Assembly (NCBI GenBank): GCA_043228905.1
Contig: JBHGNT010000006.1
Coordinates: forward strand, 14,694,001 to 14,758,000
Source: Azolla caroliniana
Taxonomy: Eukaryota; Plantae; Polypodiophyta
DNA length: 64,000 nucleotides
Direction: 5' to 3'
Part shown: piece by piece, positions 1 to 12,766 of the stretch
Layout of the letters: every line of letters starts with the position of its first letter
Position numbering within the stretch: the stretch's first letter is position 1
Notes under the pieces: model-generated
Told to the model about the DNA's origin: nothing
Seen by the model: only the letters and a program-made list of their open reading frames with translations
Databases searched by the model: none
Position numbers and translations under genes: made by a program

Positions 1-240
1 CTTCCTCTATATAAGTATCAATAGAAATTCCTAATGAATGAATCGCCCCGTTGATGTATTGTACTCTTCCATCAGCCAACTGCACCGTGTAGGTGTGATC
101 ACTTACGGTGGGTTGGATTCCCCATATCTGAACCAAACGATCATTCACAAAATTGTGTGAGCTTCCCGAATCAAATAAAAATTGTACGGGAGATCCATTG
201 ATATACCCGTTTGCACGTAGTAAATCATTGGGACCCAATA
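1..240 (-). pseudogene. Degenerate Ty3/gypsy aspartic protease fragment (runs off window start)
   Basis: Manual minus-strand translation gives ..GYINGSPVQFLFDSGSSHNFVNDRLV.. then, after a frameshift, ..YTVQLADGRVQ.., which is the retropepsin D-S-G motif plus the V-x-L-A-D-G motif. Confidence 0.75.
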
Positions 241-370
241 CATAGTGAGGGAAAGAACATTGACAATTACTTAAATGATGTGTATAGACCTGAAGGACAT
301 TAGGAATATGACCTTTATGGTCTGCAGATTTAGCTTTGTTGTCGTGCTCTTTCCGTTGGAGCTTTCGACA

Positions 371-388
371 CCCTAAACCCTAAACCCT
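371..388 (+). promoter_or_regulatory. Short (CCCTAAA)n tract / telo-box ~500 bp upstream of a candidate host gene
   Basis: ccctaaaccctaaaccct contains the AAACCCTA telo-box. Function is not demonstrable from sequence. Confidence 0.4.
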
Positions 389-891
389 GCCACAAGAACC
401 AATCAAATGGAGAATTGGAGATGATTGTGTGTAATTGGAGAATCGAGATAGAATGTATTATTATCGTGTAATTGATGAACTTGACAATTTATCGCTATGT
501 GCTTGCACCATCACAATATAGATAGATATACACAATTTGCTTAGTGGTGTAGTTATAGAGTCCATGGATCGAAACATGAAAGAGTTGTTGCCTCACTAGC
601 AAAGTGTTGACAATGCCTTTCAGATTGTCATACATATTCATTGGATGTAGAGTCAGTCATTAGGCTCCTATCCTACTAAGTGCGTACATTGGGTGGGAGG
701 GATATGTACATACATACATACATATTTCCTACCCAATAAATAAATATCTCTCCTACTTTCGAGAGTTACCGCGGAGTGTAGGCAAGGGAAGGCTTAGGTT
801 TCCTAATACATACATACATACATACATACATACATAAAAGCAGCAGGAGGCCTACTTTCGTAATTTCGCAAATCTACTACTACAGTCAGCC

Positions 892-1231
892 ATGGATGCT
901 GTTTCGCCGCACCCGCCGTTTCTTCGCACGCCGCCTGCCTCTTCCTCCTCCTCTTCTTCTTCTTCTTCTAGACAGTTCTTTCGATTTGAAGCTTTCTCCT
1001 CCATCCATGGACCCTCACACAGTTACTCAAGCTTTCAGCCTAAGAACCCTGAGGGAAAACCGGATCTTCCTCTTCCTCCTCCTCGTCTGCTGCACCATCG
1101 CACTGTGAACAAGGAGCAGCAGAAGGCTTTGCTTAGATTTCTTCTACTCGAGGCCCTGCAGAAAATTGAAGAAAAAGAAAGTAGAGACCTCATCATTCAG
1201 AGGTTTAAAGGGCTACATAGCTCTCAGGAAG
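892..1231 (+). CDS. Candidate first coding exon of an unidentified host gene (Ser/Pro-rich N-terminus)
   Basis: ATG in a good context (gccATGG), open frame, possible donor GAAG|gttag at 1231/1232 followed by AT-rich intron-like DNA. A phase-compatible acceptor at 1760 continues GTNHGDEEPTKEDTSL... No family recognised. Confidence 0.45.
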
Positions 1232-1759
1232 GTTAGACATTTCTTTGCCATTTTTGTTTTCATAAAGATACACTGTTTCTCTGTTCATGGTGTATCGGAG
1301 CGGAAGCTATTCTGTATAGATCTGTTTTCTTGACAATTCCATGATGACTGAACCATGTAAAATCATATGAATTGATGAGATATTCAGAGATCATGTTTAA
1401 AATCAGCAGTTTATTTCTTATCCTAAATTGTGTCATACCCATATAGATAGTTTCTTCTTCTTTTTGTGTTCTTTTACAGTGTCATGAAAAACGGCTTTTT
1501 CTGTATCACGATGTGCATCTTGACCATAGGTAATACGAAGTGATGAGACATACCAAAAGTGGATGTTTAAAAGTCGTCAGTGTATTTTGTGATTCTATAC
1601 TGTGAGAAGTATCAAGAGAATGATTGAACGAGAAATACCATTTTCTGGTGTTTTTTCTTACTGTATTATCGAACAGAAGAATCTATTTTTACTATGTGTG
1701 TGTGGTGTGTGAGAGAGAGAGAGAGAGAGATGATAAATGCGGAATTGTTGGTTGCTCAG

Positions 1760-1844
1760 GAACTAACCATGGAGATGAAGAACCAACTAAAGAGGATACA
1801 AGTCTCACTTCTCTGCGTCGCTTGAAAGTTCTTGATGTTCATGA
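1760..1844 (+). CDS. Possible second exon of the same host gene
   Basis: tgctcag|G acceptor and GA|gtatgt donor; reads in frame with the exon ending at 1231. Confidence 0.3.
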
Positions 1845-2456
1845 GTATGTGCACTCTTCTCTTCAGACCAGTTACCTCAGAGGCCTGGTCCAGAATAGGA
1901 CAGTGGATGAATTGTAAGGGTCAATGTCAGTCCGACTCAGGAATGCCGGGGCTATTCTCTTCTATTCTATTCCTGTTCATGTATAACTCTGGTCATGTCT
2001 ATTCATGAGTCATCAATCTTCGTTTCATTTGAGAAATATTGTTTTGATTCAAGGCTAAAACCTTTTAATTTTTCTCATCCAAATCAAATTATAGTCCAAA
2101 CCTAGTAATCAATCATTCATATCAAATTAATTCCATATCATAGTGTCATGTGATCTTATAGAAAAATCTTGACCAAAAATAATCCTTTTCTGATGGTGCT
2201 ACATGCAAATGCTATCTTATACAATATCTCCTAATAATTGTGAACCACTCAAAAGTTATAAATATTTTTTGTACTCTAATTGTAAGGATTTTACAGCACT
2301 AATCAGTCCTTGGTCACCACAGCACATACTATAGGGAGAGTGATTAGTGCTTGGCTTAATAACACTTAACACTAATCAGTCCTTGGTATGAGAGAGAGAG
2401 AGTGCTCTAATTTAGGTTGAAGGGAAGAAACCTTGAGATTCAGAAAGAAGAGTTCG

Positions 2457-2681
2457 AGAGTGACTTTTCTAGTTATTTTACAACGTGATTGTGCATTTTT
2501 ATGTTGGGGTGACCATTAAGCCTAAATATCTCGAGCCTATGTTTTTTGTACTCCCCCTATCTTAGTGCTTGGACTTGAGAGTGACTTTTATAATAATTTT
2601 ACAATGCAATTGTCCGCTTTTTACATTGGGGTGGCCATTAGGCCCAAATATCTAGAGCCAACTTTGTTGTATTCCCCCTTT
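2457..2681. repeat. Degenerate ~120-bp tandem duplication
   Basis: gagagtgactttt...ttggggtg(a/g)ccatta(a/g)gcc(t/c)aaatatct(c/a)gagcc...t(a)ctccccct occurs at ~2457 and ~2577. Confidence 0.65.
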
Positions 2682-2719
2682 CATAGTGTCACGATTGGAT
2701 TTTATAACCATTCATGCAA

Positions 2720-2885
2720 ACAAACATACATACATTCATACTTAGATTGTTCACATACACATACATTCATACTTAGATCGTTCACATACATTCATACACA
2801 TGTACATACATACATTTATATTATCATATATACATATATAAATCCATTTATCCATTTGTACACCTATATGTACATACATATTCAT
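2720..2885. repeat. (TACA)n-like low-complexity microsatellite region
   Basis: Repeated catacata/tacacata units; similar tracts at 708-724 and 807-835. Confidence 0.8.
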
Positions 2886-4258
2886 AGTTATTTTATGTAA
2901 AGGTGGAGCCACTGGATGATTTATTGACAAGCATTCCAACACGTCTTTTTGTCTTTTTGCAGTAAAAAAAATTCTAATAAGGGTGTTAGCGCTAAGTAAC
3001 AAGGAGCATAAATAGGAGTTGGAGTTCCTACAAACTCTTTACTATGAAGTTAATTGTATATAACTATACTTCATTTTTTACTACCGACATTGATGACAAC
3101 ACCAGCACAAAGGTCACCAAATGTACCCCCGCCAACACTACCTCCAACCATACTTGTAGGTGTTATTTGTATCTCGTGATATCCTAACAATTTCAATATA
3201 CATCTTGCACGATCATGAAAATTACATGTGTGCATGTGAAAGTAAAGTGGAACCATCAGGGACTTGAATAAGAGAAGATGATGTTCTTAACTAAGGGTTG
3301 TGATTAATGATATTCCACTTGACTTGAGTGTAAGAACTTCAAGGTTTCCTTTTTTGGGAATGTTTGGCGCACACGAATAACAACCTCTCGGGACATTAGT
3401 TTCAAAATCCACTAGCTTCTTTCTGTATTTTTCTCTTAAGTGAATGTGTGTAGTGCGTGTGTCTATATATTTGTTTTTTTAAGTTACATTAGTGTAAGTA
3501 AATGATCGTGTAGCATGATGTGTAAATATTTACGTATAATTTTCTGTTGTTGCTTGTAGATTTGTTTTTGTATGTGGGTTGGTATAAATATATGTTTGTA
3601 TTACATGTGCAATGGTTCATAAGTTTTTAAATTAGTTATCTAGGGCAAATGTGTATCCATATACTTAACATCAATGATTGTATTAAATGTCTAGGTTTGA
3701 GGGGCTAATCCTAGGGTTAATGCTCCAAATTGAGCTTTCAAGTTGGCTAATAGAATGGCTTCAGAACCCATATAGGAGCATTTCTGGTTTGGATGCTTCA
3801 TAAATGATACATTTTTGGCTGTCAAGGGTATCTCACCTAATGGGTGCATCTCTTATTTTGAGGTTCTTGATAACAATAGAATGCAACCTCATGCTTTTGA
3901 CTGCAGGTACTTTCAGCATGTGCGGAATGCACCAGTCAGAGTAATTGCAAAAATGGGAAAGAAATGGTTGCTAGATCCTTATCCTTCTATTGCTCATATG
4001 TGTGATATGATGTGGTTGTATGCAAACGAACCTGTTGCAAGACTACTATGGGATCCGGGGGGTTGGTTCTGGATATATTCCTTGGGGGAACATATCATAA
4101 AGGTTTCCTTTTTTCAATATTCAGTAAAGCTAGGAAGGTCATTACTAAGGTCTATGAATGTAATGGCAGCAACAACACAAAAACATTGGACTAACTGGGG
4201 TGTTTCAACGTTGCAGTTGAAAACATATTGGAGATGGATATGGTCTTTCAAGGGGCCT

Positions 4259-4632
4259 TGTAAAGAATCGTGTATGATTCTTGTGTAGCGGAATAGGTGT
4301 GAACTGTGTGTGTGTATGAGAGAGAGAGAGTGAGTGAGATAAAGAGTATATGCAAGGTAGATTATATTAACAAAGGAGAAAGACTCAACACGATACAAGG
4401 TGGGAGGAGGGTGCTTTATATAGTCACCCTCTCTCTTCATTAACTACAAGACTCATGGAGCATGGGGAATGTGAAAGCTCATAAGTTATGTGTCATAGAA
4501 TATGATTCTATGACTCATACTAAATGCTAGAATACAAAGAGGTGACATAATGGTGACTCTTGACCGTTGGAGTGTCTATTCACTCTCAAGGTGAGTTCAC
4601 ACACTAGACCAAGTTGAGCTTGAATCTCAACA
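4259..4632 (-). repeat. 3' LTR of copia-1
   Basis: tgtaaagaa...tctcaaca, near-identical to 9329-9726 except for (GA)n length and a few substitutions. Confidence 0.95.
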
Positions 4633-4849
4633 CGCCCCCTCAAGCTCAAGTCGGGTTGGTTTTAGGCGGTATCCGATCGACTCGCATTCCGGAGTCCACG
4701 TCGACTCGCATTTATGCGGAGTTGCTGAATTCGTGCTCCAGCTTGCGTTGTGCGTAGTTGCGAAGTCTGTGCTTTGGCTTGCATCTTTCTTTGCGGCTTT
4801 GCACGGTAGATCGGCTCTTCGCGACTTCATTGCACGGTTGCGGGACGCT

Positions 4850-7800
4850 TTATTGCGTAGCGTCTTCAGTACTCCCCCTCAAGCTTGGCATGTCAGGGAT
4901 CGTCAATCCGAGATCGGTCATGAATTGCCATAGCTTGTCGGTTCCTAAGGCTTTAGTGAAGATGTCGGCCGTTTGAAGATTGGTGCTAATGTGTTGTAGG
5001 TCGACATCGCCAGCTAGAACGCGCTCTCGGATGAAGTGATAGTGCACTTCGATGTGCTTTGTCCGCGCGTGGAACACCGGGTTCTGAACCAGATAGATAC
5101 TGCTCATGTTGTCGCAGTATAGGGAATTCGGATCCTTGATGGGTACGCCCCGATCCTTGAGTATCCTTTTGAGCCATACAACTTCACATGTGGCCACTGC
5201 CACGCCCCTGTACTACGCCTCTGTGCTCGAAAGAGCGACGGTTGGTTGCTTTTTGCTGCTCCAGGATATTGCTCTACTGCCGAGGGAAAAAACAAATCCG
5301 GAGGTTGATCTTCTATCGGCTTTGTAGCTGGCCCAATCGGCGTCTGTGTACCCCTTGAGTCGTATTGGCATCACGGTCTTGTAGAGGATGCCGCAATCCA
5401 TTGAGCCGCTCACGTATCATAGAACTCGCTTAGCGCAATCCAAGTGAGTATCACGCGGTGTTTGCATGAATTGGCTAAGGAGACCGACCGGATAACTGAG
5501 ATCGGGTTGAGTGATCGTGAGGTAGATGAGACTCCCGATGAGTTGCCGATATTGTGTCGACTCACACAGTTTGGTGCCGGAGTTCGCATCTAGTTTGAGA
5601 TTGCGATCGAGCGGGGTTGTCGTGGATTTGCACTCAGCCATTCCGAACTTGTATAACAAGTTGAGGATGTAGTGCTGTTGAGAGATCATGATTCTGGCCG
5701 GAGTCCGAATTACCTCGATGTCGAGGAAGTAGTGCAGCTCCTTCATGTCCCTCATGTTGAACTTGTCGGAAAGGAGGGATTTGACTTTATTGATTTTGAT
5801 GAGATGCTTGCCTCCAATGACTAGGTCCTCCACATATAAAATGATGACGATCAGACTTGCGGAATCGCTTCGTATGTAGAGGGAGTTGTCCGATTTTGAC
5901 ATATGGAAGCCGATTTGATGAAGATATTGCGTTATCTTCGAATGCCAAGCACGCGGTGCTTGCTTGAGGCCGTAGAGTGGCTTCTTGAGTCGGCATACAG
6001 CTTTCGGATGGGTGCTCGAGTTGAAGCTGGGTGGTTGTATCATGTACACCTCCTCTTCCAATTCGCCTTGTAGAAAGGCGTTCTTGACGTCCATTTGATG
6101 GAGGTGCCACCCTTTCGCCACGACAAGCATAATTACGGTCCGTATCGTCGTCATCTTTGCCACCGGGGCAAAGGTCTCTTCGTAGTCAACTCCGTGCATT
6201 TGTGCGTAACCTTTCGCTACAAGTCGCGCTTTGTAGCAGTTCACGGAACCATCGACGTTGTACTTCACTTTGTAAATCCATTTGCATCCGATCGCCTTTT
6301 TGTGTGGTAAGCTGGGAACGAGATCCCATGTCTCGTTCTTGCGTAGTGCTTGTATCTCCTCCTTCATGGCTTCGATCCATCGCGAATTCTTGGCTGCTTC
6401 GGAAACATTTTCCGGCTCGCGTACTGTCGCCACCTTCATCATAAAGGCATAGTGATATGCCATGTAGTCGTTGTAGCCGAAATGGCTGACCGGATTCTTT
6501 TCACGGGTGGAGTGACAGAGCTTTTTTGTAGAGATGAGGGCTTTCTTAGCTCCGATTGGTACATCGAAGCCGCCAAACTCACTATCGAGTGAGTGAGTCG
6601 ACTTATCGTCGTCGAAGCGGTCATCGTTGTATTCCATCATTTTCGCCTTGCCTTTGTCCATCTTCGGGCTAGGCCGTGATGTGCTTTGATCGCTCAAAGG
6701 CTCTTGTGGTCCGCTCAGTCGGGTCGTGATCGGACTTTCTTTGAACATGCGCGTAAGGCGATCTTCATCCTCTATCTCTTGTTCGGCGGATTCCGGGTCG
6801 AGTGGGGTCAGAGTCGAAGTTGTCTCTGGTGCGTACCAGGATGTGGACTCGTCAAAAACGACGTCTCGACTTACTCAAGATTCTCGAGATGAGGGGTTGT
6901 AGCACTTGTACCCCTTTTTCTCTAGTGAGTATCCTATGAGGATACATTTCTCCGACTTCGGGAGCTTTTGACGCTTCTCGTTGGGGATGTGCACGTACAC
7001 TATCACGCCGAATATCCGGGTGTGCGATAAATCCGGCTTCTTTCCGAAGTATTTTTCGTGCGGAGTGACCTCGTGCACTCCGGATGTTGTGCACCGGTTC
7101 ATTAGGTAGACGGCCGTATTTGCAGCTTCAGCCCAATATGACTTGGGCATATGCTTCTCGTTCATCATGGCCCGCGCCACTTCGAGGATGTGCCGATTTT
7201 TGCGCTCGGCTACTCCATTTTGTTGCAGAGTGTGTCGGCAAGTGAATTCTCGCCGAATTCCTTCCTTTCGGAGATACGCCATGAAATCGTCCGAGAAGTA
7301 CTCCTTGCCACCATCCGGTCGAAGGCATCGTACATGTCGGCCCGTGGCTTTCTCGACTTCATTCTTGAATTTTTGGAAGTGACCGAACACTTCGCTCTTT
7401 TGCCGCATCGGGTAGATCCAAGTGTGCCTAGAGAAGTCGTCGATGAAGAGTACATAATATCGGCATCCGCCAAATGTAGCCGTCTGCGCCGGTCCCCATA
7501 CGTCGGAATGGACTACGTCGAGTAAACCTTTGCTCATGTTCCGCTGTTTCGGGAATGGGTGTTGGTGTTGCTTGCCGAATTGGCACGCTTCGCATACACC
7601 TTCAATCTCCTTCTCTTTGAATGTCGGAAGGCCGATGACGACTCCTTTCGATTTCATTGCTTTGAGTTTGTTGAGATTGATGTGGCCGATTCGCTTGTGC
7701 CATAGCTCTATGTCGGAGTCGGCTTTCATGCCCTTTGCGAACATGGTCGATTTCATCTTATGTGAGTCGAGAATGAACATTCGGCCCTCTCTTCGTTCGC

Positions 7801-9163
7801 GTGCGATGAGTCGGCCCTCTTTTTCGATGAAGCAACCACCTTGATTAAATCGAACTTGCATCCCTTGCTCTACAATTTGGCCGACGGAGACCAAATTCTT
7901 CGTAATGGTTGGTACATGCAAGAAATTTTTAATGTAATTTTGCTTACCTTCTTTTCCGAACGGAACATTGCCGATGTGCCGAATTGGGTGCGTAGTGTCG
8001 TCTCCGGTTTCGACATAGTCGGGGCGGTCCGGCTCTCGAAGTTCTAGGAACCATTCTTGATGCGATGTCATATGGTTCAAGGCACCGGAATCGACAAACC
8101 ATACGTCTTCCGAACCGGAGGCATTCGTTGAGGTAGAGGTCGACATAGAGTTTGCTCTATGTTTCATCATGAACATTCCGCCACGGTCAGAGTTGTGTGC
8201 ATACATTCCACCACAATCTTTGTAGTCGGAGTTGTGCCTGTACATTCCGCTATACTTTTCATAGTCGGAATTGTGCGTGTAATTCGTGAGTTTTCGGCTT
8301 GTGGAAGCCGATTCACGCATCTTCTTTCGGCACTCTTCTTCGTGGTGGCCGAGCTTTCCGCAATATCTGCATTCGGTTGCATTTTGATGGCTCATGCCGG
8401 AGTGGAAGCTCCCCCTTCTTGTGAAGGTTCCTCGTTGGCTTTCGTTTTGCGGCTGAAATTGGGAGTTGTTGTCGTAGGTCGGACCTCGTCCGCCTTGTCC
8501 TTGGCCGAATCGGCCTCTCGCTCGTCCGCGTCCTCTTCCTCTGTTCGAGTGCGTGTAGAGCATGTGTCCTTCCGACTCATTGCTCCTTGTATGCACGTGG
8601 TTTTCTTCGACCAATAGCATTGATTGGAGCTCGAAGAAGGAGGGAGATTTCTCCCTTGCTAGAACAGCGGTTCGCATCGTGCCGAACCATGGTGCGAGGC
8701 TGCCGAGGCATATTTGCACGATCTCATCATCATCGATACTTACGCTTATCGAGCCGAGCGAGTCGCAAAGCTCCTTGATCTTCAAGGTGTATGTCATGAT
8801 GGACATGTCCCTTTGTTGAATGTTGTTCAACTCTTGGCAGAGTTGAAGCGTTCTTGCGGTTGTGTTCGCCGCGAAAATCTTTCGTAGATTTTCCCATGCC
8901 TCCTTCGGCGTCTTGGCTTCGCAAATGTAGTCGAGCATGTGATCGTGAACACATGTCGCCAAGAAATACATCACACAACTTGCGGCTTGCTCCCATGTTG
9001 CATAATAGGGAGCCGCTTCGGCGGGTCGGTCTTCATGCTCTCCTTTGATGTAGCTCCAATAGCCTTGTCTGACAAGGTATTGGTGCATCTTGTACTCCCA
9101 TGATGCGAAGTTGTTTCGATCCAACTTCTCGGTAGGGAGAGCGCTCCCCATTTGAGTATTCAT
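4850..9163 (-). pseudogene. copia-1 gag-pol with a frameshift near 6875 and in-frame stops near 5415 and 5213
   Basis: CRYCGKLGHHEEEC knuckle, WFVDSGA protease, WHKRIGH GAG-pre-integrase, HSDVWGP/QNGVAERKNR integrase, QMDVKNAFL and LYVEDL RT, YTDADWA and RTKHIEVHYHFIRE RNase H. Confidence 0.95.
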
Positions 9164-9328
9164 TATGTCGATTCTTCTTCTTCTTCTTCTTCTTCTCTCT
9201 TCGAATGCGAGCTATGTAGCAAAGCTACAATAGCGATGAGCCGGTTCTTGGTCGTCGGCGTAGAGCACAACACACGATCACGATGAGGCGAATGGGTTAG
9301 ATCGAGCTACCAAATTGCTCTGATACCA

Positions 9329-9382
9329 TGTAAAGAATTGTGTATGATTCTTGTGTAGCGGAATAGGTGTGAACTGTGTGTG

Positions 9383-9435
<53 letters not shown>

Positions 9436-9726
9436 CAGAGTATATGCAAGGTAGATTATATTAACAAAGGAGAAAGACTCAACACGATACAAGGTGGGAG
9501 GAGGGTGCTTTATATAGTCACCCTCTCTCTTCATTAACTACAAGACTCATGGAGCATGGGGAATGTGAAAGCTCATAAGTTATGTGTCATAGAATATGAT
9601 TCTATGGCTCATACTAAATGCTAGAATACAAAGAGGTGACATAATGGTGACTCTTGACCATTGGAGTGTCTATTCACTCTCAAGATGAGCTCACACACTA
9701 GACCAAGTTGAGCTTGATTCTCAACA
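9329..9726 (-). repeat. 5' LTR of copia-1
   Basis: Adjacent to the tRNA-iMet PBS; contains a long (GA)n tract. Confidence 0.95.
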
Positions 9727-11609
9727 AGCCTTCTAAATTTATTCTTTTTAGATGGCTATTAGTGCATGCTGCATTACCAGTTGGCCAGACGTTAAAAGGG
9801 AATGTAGCACATAATCTCAGACAATGTGGATTTTGCTATGCAACGCCAGAGACTACTAAGCATGCCCTCTGGTCTTGTCCCTTGGCTCAACAAGTATGAA
9901 ATAAAGTTCTTTCTTTATTCTTAACAATCAATGTTGGTTGCTTGTTCTCATGGGGAGGAGCGGTGTGGGGAATATTACACTCCAGCCTGATGTTGTATGA
10001 GGCAAATGATATACAAGAGGCCATGACGGAGTATAACAGAAGATTGATATCAGTTAGTTCGTTTAAGCAACCTCGAAAGCAAATGCGATCTGTCCAAATC
10101 TGGAAAACTGTGACTACGATAACATTATGGATATTATGGAAATGTAGATGCAGTCAACTTTATGATGCCGCAAAGCTTGGCATTCCAGAGGTATTGCTTG
10201 AGATATGGGAGACATTGTTGATAGTAGTTCGTGGGCAGTATGATAACATGTTTGGTTCTCCAGAAAATATTCATAAAAGAAGGATGAAGCTTCTTCACTT
10301 ATGGAGGAAGGTGCCTCTCTTTGTAATGACAAACCAAAGAACTCAATGGAATTATCATCTTCCATGAACCTTTTCTTGATATAAAACCAACATGTTAATG
10401 TATCGTTTAAGGCTCAACAACCCTATATAAGCTGTTTTTGTATGTACAAGTTTAGGTGTACATACATTACGTTGTAAGCCTATGGGCATATAACTTTTAC
10501 TTGTACTTTCTCGGTGTTTTAATACTATTGAAGAAAATCTTTCAAGGAAAAAAATAGAAGGGCTTCAAATTAAATCTCAATTTTAGAGGTGTGGGTTTGA
10601 ATCTAGCCAGCTGTAAAAAATTCTCTCTATTATAATATTTGCACCAGTGCTCAATTTTGCATTGACATGTAAACATGGATGTGTGTTACTTGAGCGGAAT
10701 TTGTGGGGGACCTAAACTGGGGAAGATGTGATGATCTTGGAGAAAAACTTGCGTTTTTTGAACCCCTTGTGCATTTCTTAACCTCACATGGGCTCACTTT
10801 TGCACATTTCCTTTGTAGGTTGCTCTCATGGAATGCCTTTGGGAAATACCCCCTTCGCGAGAAGCATTCACTTAAGAACTAGGCACTTGTGGAGTTAGGG
10901 GCATGCATAGTGAAAATGGGCACTAGGCAAGGAATCCAAGAGACTCTCGTCAAATGAGCCTATGTGTAGGAAACAAGCATGATGTGGGAAATCAAATGGA
11001 TGTGAGGCCCCCGAATGGGCAACCAAACAAGCGCTCAGGCAATGAATGACCCTTGTGGACTTGAATCCTTGTCACGCTCTCACTTAAAGAATTGTAAATT
11101 ATTCTCTCTCGTTTGCCCAACATAGTTACACGATGAGACTAACCAAGGTTTACACAAACAACTTTCTTGTATACAAAAAATTAGATCGACAACAAATATG
11201 TTCCATTGCAATAATAAAACTCTTTTTTAGCATAGGATAGAAACAAGGTGGGATTGCAAAAGAAAAAGAGAAAACGAAGTAAAAGGGAGATCCTTACATT
11301 TAAGTGACCCAAGCTCACGAATGATAATTGCGTACCCTTTTGTTGTCGTGGCTTTCCACTCCCTTGTCCTTATCCTCCTCTTTGAATGCCTCTTTCATTG
11401 TCTCTTCTACCCCTCTTTCAAGCAAGAAGAACCCTAGAAAACCTAACGATGGAGAAGAAAATGAAAGAAATGGCCCACTATCCACTCTCACACCTTACAT
11501 TTAAAACAATAACCCTAAAATGAAGAGAGAAAGAAGAAAACCTCTAAATGGCTAAAGAAAAATACCCAACCCTAAAATCTAATGTAATAAATGCACAGCT
11601 ACCCTCTTT

Positions 11610-12310
11610 TTTTCATCGAAATGTGAAAAGGGGTAGATCTTCCTCTGACCACTTCCTAAAGATCTTCACTCTTTTTCCTACCATCGAGATAGCTACTATG
11701 GTCCCATCAAATTCGGCAACTTGGTAGATGACATTGTGATTCCCATTGATCACCACATATAATTCAAACCATTGCCTCAATATCTTCCTAATAGAGCTAT
11801 GTTGGTTTTTGAGCTGGTTGTTGTACACAATCACCCAACTCCTTGAATCTTACCTACCACCAGTTGGTGCATCTGTTGAATCTTCCCTTCTTTTTTATAC
11901 TAAGGACCTTTAATTGGTCCATAACCCACTTCAAGTCTTCCAATTGCCTCTCAAGTTGACTAATGCTTTTTGCAAGAAGGTGTTTTTTGCTCATCTCATC
12001 CTCCCAACACATTGCCTCCCATGATGTAATTGTTCCTCGATGGACATTACCGACTTCTATCTATATTTGAGCTTGGCCAACATATACCCCGTCATCGAAC
12101 TATGTGTGGTTTTATCAGCCCTTAAGGTGAAATGAAATCATCAAGGCTAGTCTCTAACTCTTCCTACATAGGTCTGATAATAGCTTTGATGATGGGACTA
12201 CGCCCCCACTCTATCATCTTGGTGGCCTCTGAGTTATACACAATTGTAAGGAGTCTTACTCCCAATTGCTCTATGAGATCTTTTTTTTCCTTGAAAGATT
12301 TTCTTCAATA
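11610..12310 (-). pseudogene. Highly degenerate Ty3/gypsy integrase C-terminal region
   Basis: ..RQWFELYVV..NVIYQVAEFDGT..VGKRVKIF resembles the W-x-GPY(F) integrase tail; a decayed core motif lies near 12200-12270. Confidence 0.6.
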
Positions 12311-12555
12311 GTATTAAAAACGTCTAGAGGCTTGTAAAAAGAGATAATTGCGAAAGCGTATGAGGAAGACACAGAACAGAGTACACCGTCGGTTATCCGG
12401 ATGTACTAAAATTAGGTAAACACAGAGGATGTGTGAGAGAGAGAAAATGAGTGAGAGCAGACAACAAAACGATTCTATTACAAAATGCTCAGTACTCAAT
12501 TGCTATTAGGATTTCGGTTCCTCCGGATGGGATACGAGTACTCGGCAAGGAAGAC

Positions 12556-12766
12556 CCGGTGAGAACCGGATGATGAAGGCCCGGTGAGAACTGGATGATG
12601 AAGGGCCGGTGAGAACCGGATGTTGTAGGCCTAGTGAGAACCGGATGATGAAGGTCCAGTGTGAACCGAATGTTGCAGGCCCGGTGAGAACCGAATGATG
12701 AAGGTCCGGTGAGAACTGGATGTTGGAGGCCCGGTGAGAACCGGATGATGAAGGTCTGGTGAGAAC
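12556..12766 (+). repeat. 25-bp tandem array in the copia-2 5' LTR (8 full units plus a partial)
   Basis: Unit ccggtgagaaccggatgatgaaggc; only 2 units plus a partial at ~17381-17441 in the 3' LTR. Confidence 0.9.

Larger units (their letters stand above)
4259..9726 (-). mobile_element. Full-length Ty1/copia LTR retrotransposon (copia-1), mildly degenerate
   Basis: Paired TG..CA LTRs at 4259-4632 and 9329-9726, tRNA-iMet PBS (TGGTATCAGAGC, 9317-9328 on minus), PPT at 4633-4646, TSD ggcct/agcct, gag-PR-INT-RT-RH order. Confidence 0.97.
3815..10367 (+). mobile_element. 3' end of an L1-like LINE ORF2 (zf-RVT region), split by the copia at 4259-9726
   Basis: Removing the copia joins ..YWRWIWSFKGP to SKFILFRWLLVHAALPVG...CGFC..PETTKHALWSC..W...LWILWKCRC, the zinc-binding C-terminus typical of plant L1 ORF2. 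Confidence 0.8.

Noticed and set aside
1480-1529. Exon between the two candidate host exons (good acceptor and donor)
   Set aside because: Splicing from 1231 gives an immediate TGA, so it is not supportable as coding; a poison exon cannot be excluded.
10560-11600. Possible SINE head and LTR of the decayed gypsy
   Set aside because: A B-box-like ggtttgaatc and TG..CA candidates exist, but no partner copy or TSD defines boundaries.
12556-12766. CRISPR-like array of palindromic repeats
   Set aside because: Units are head-to-tail with no unique spacers, lie inside an LTR, and there are no cas genes.
12556-12766. Hammerhead ribozyme / retrozyme (gatgatgaag motif beside hairpins)
   Set aside because: No CUGANGA...GAAA...UH core with three stems could be assembled by eye.
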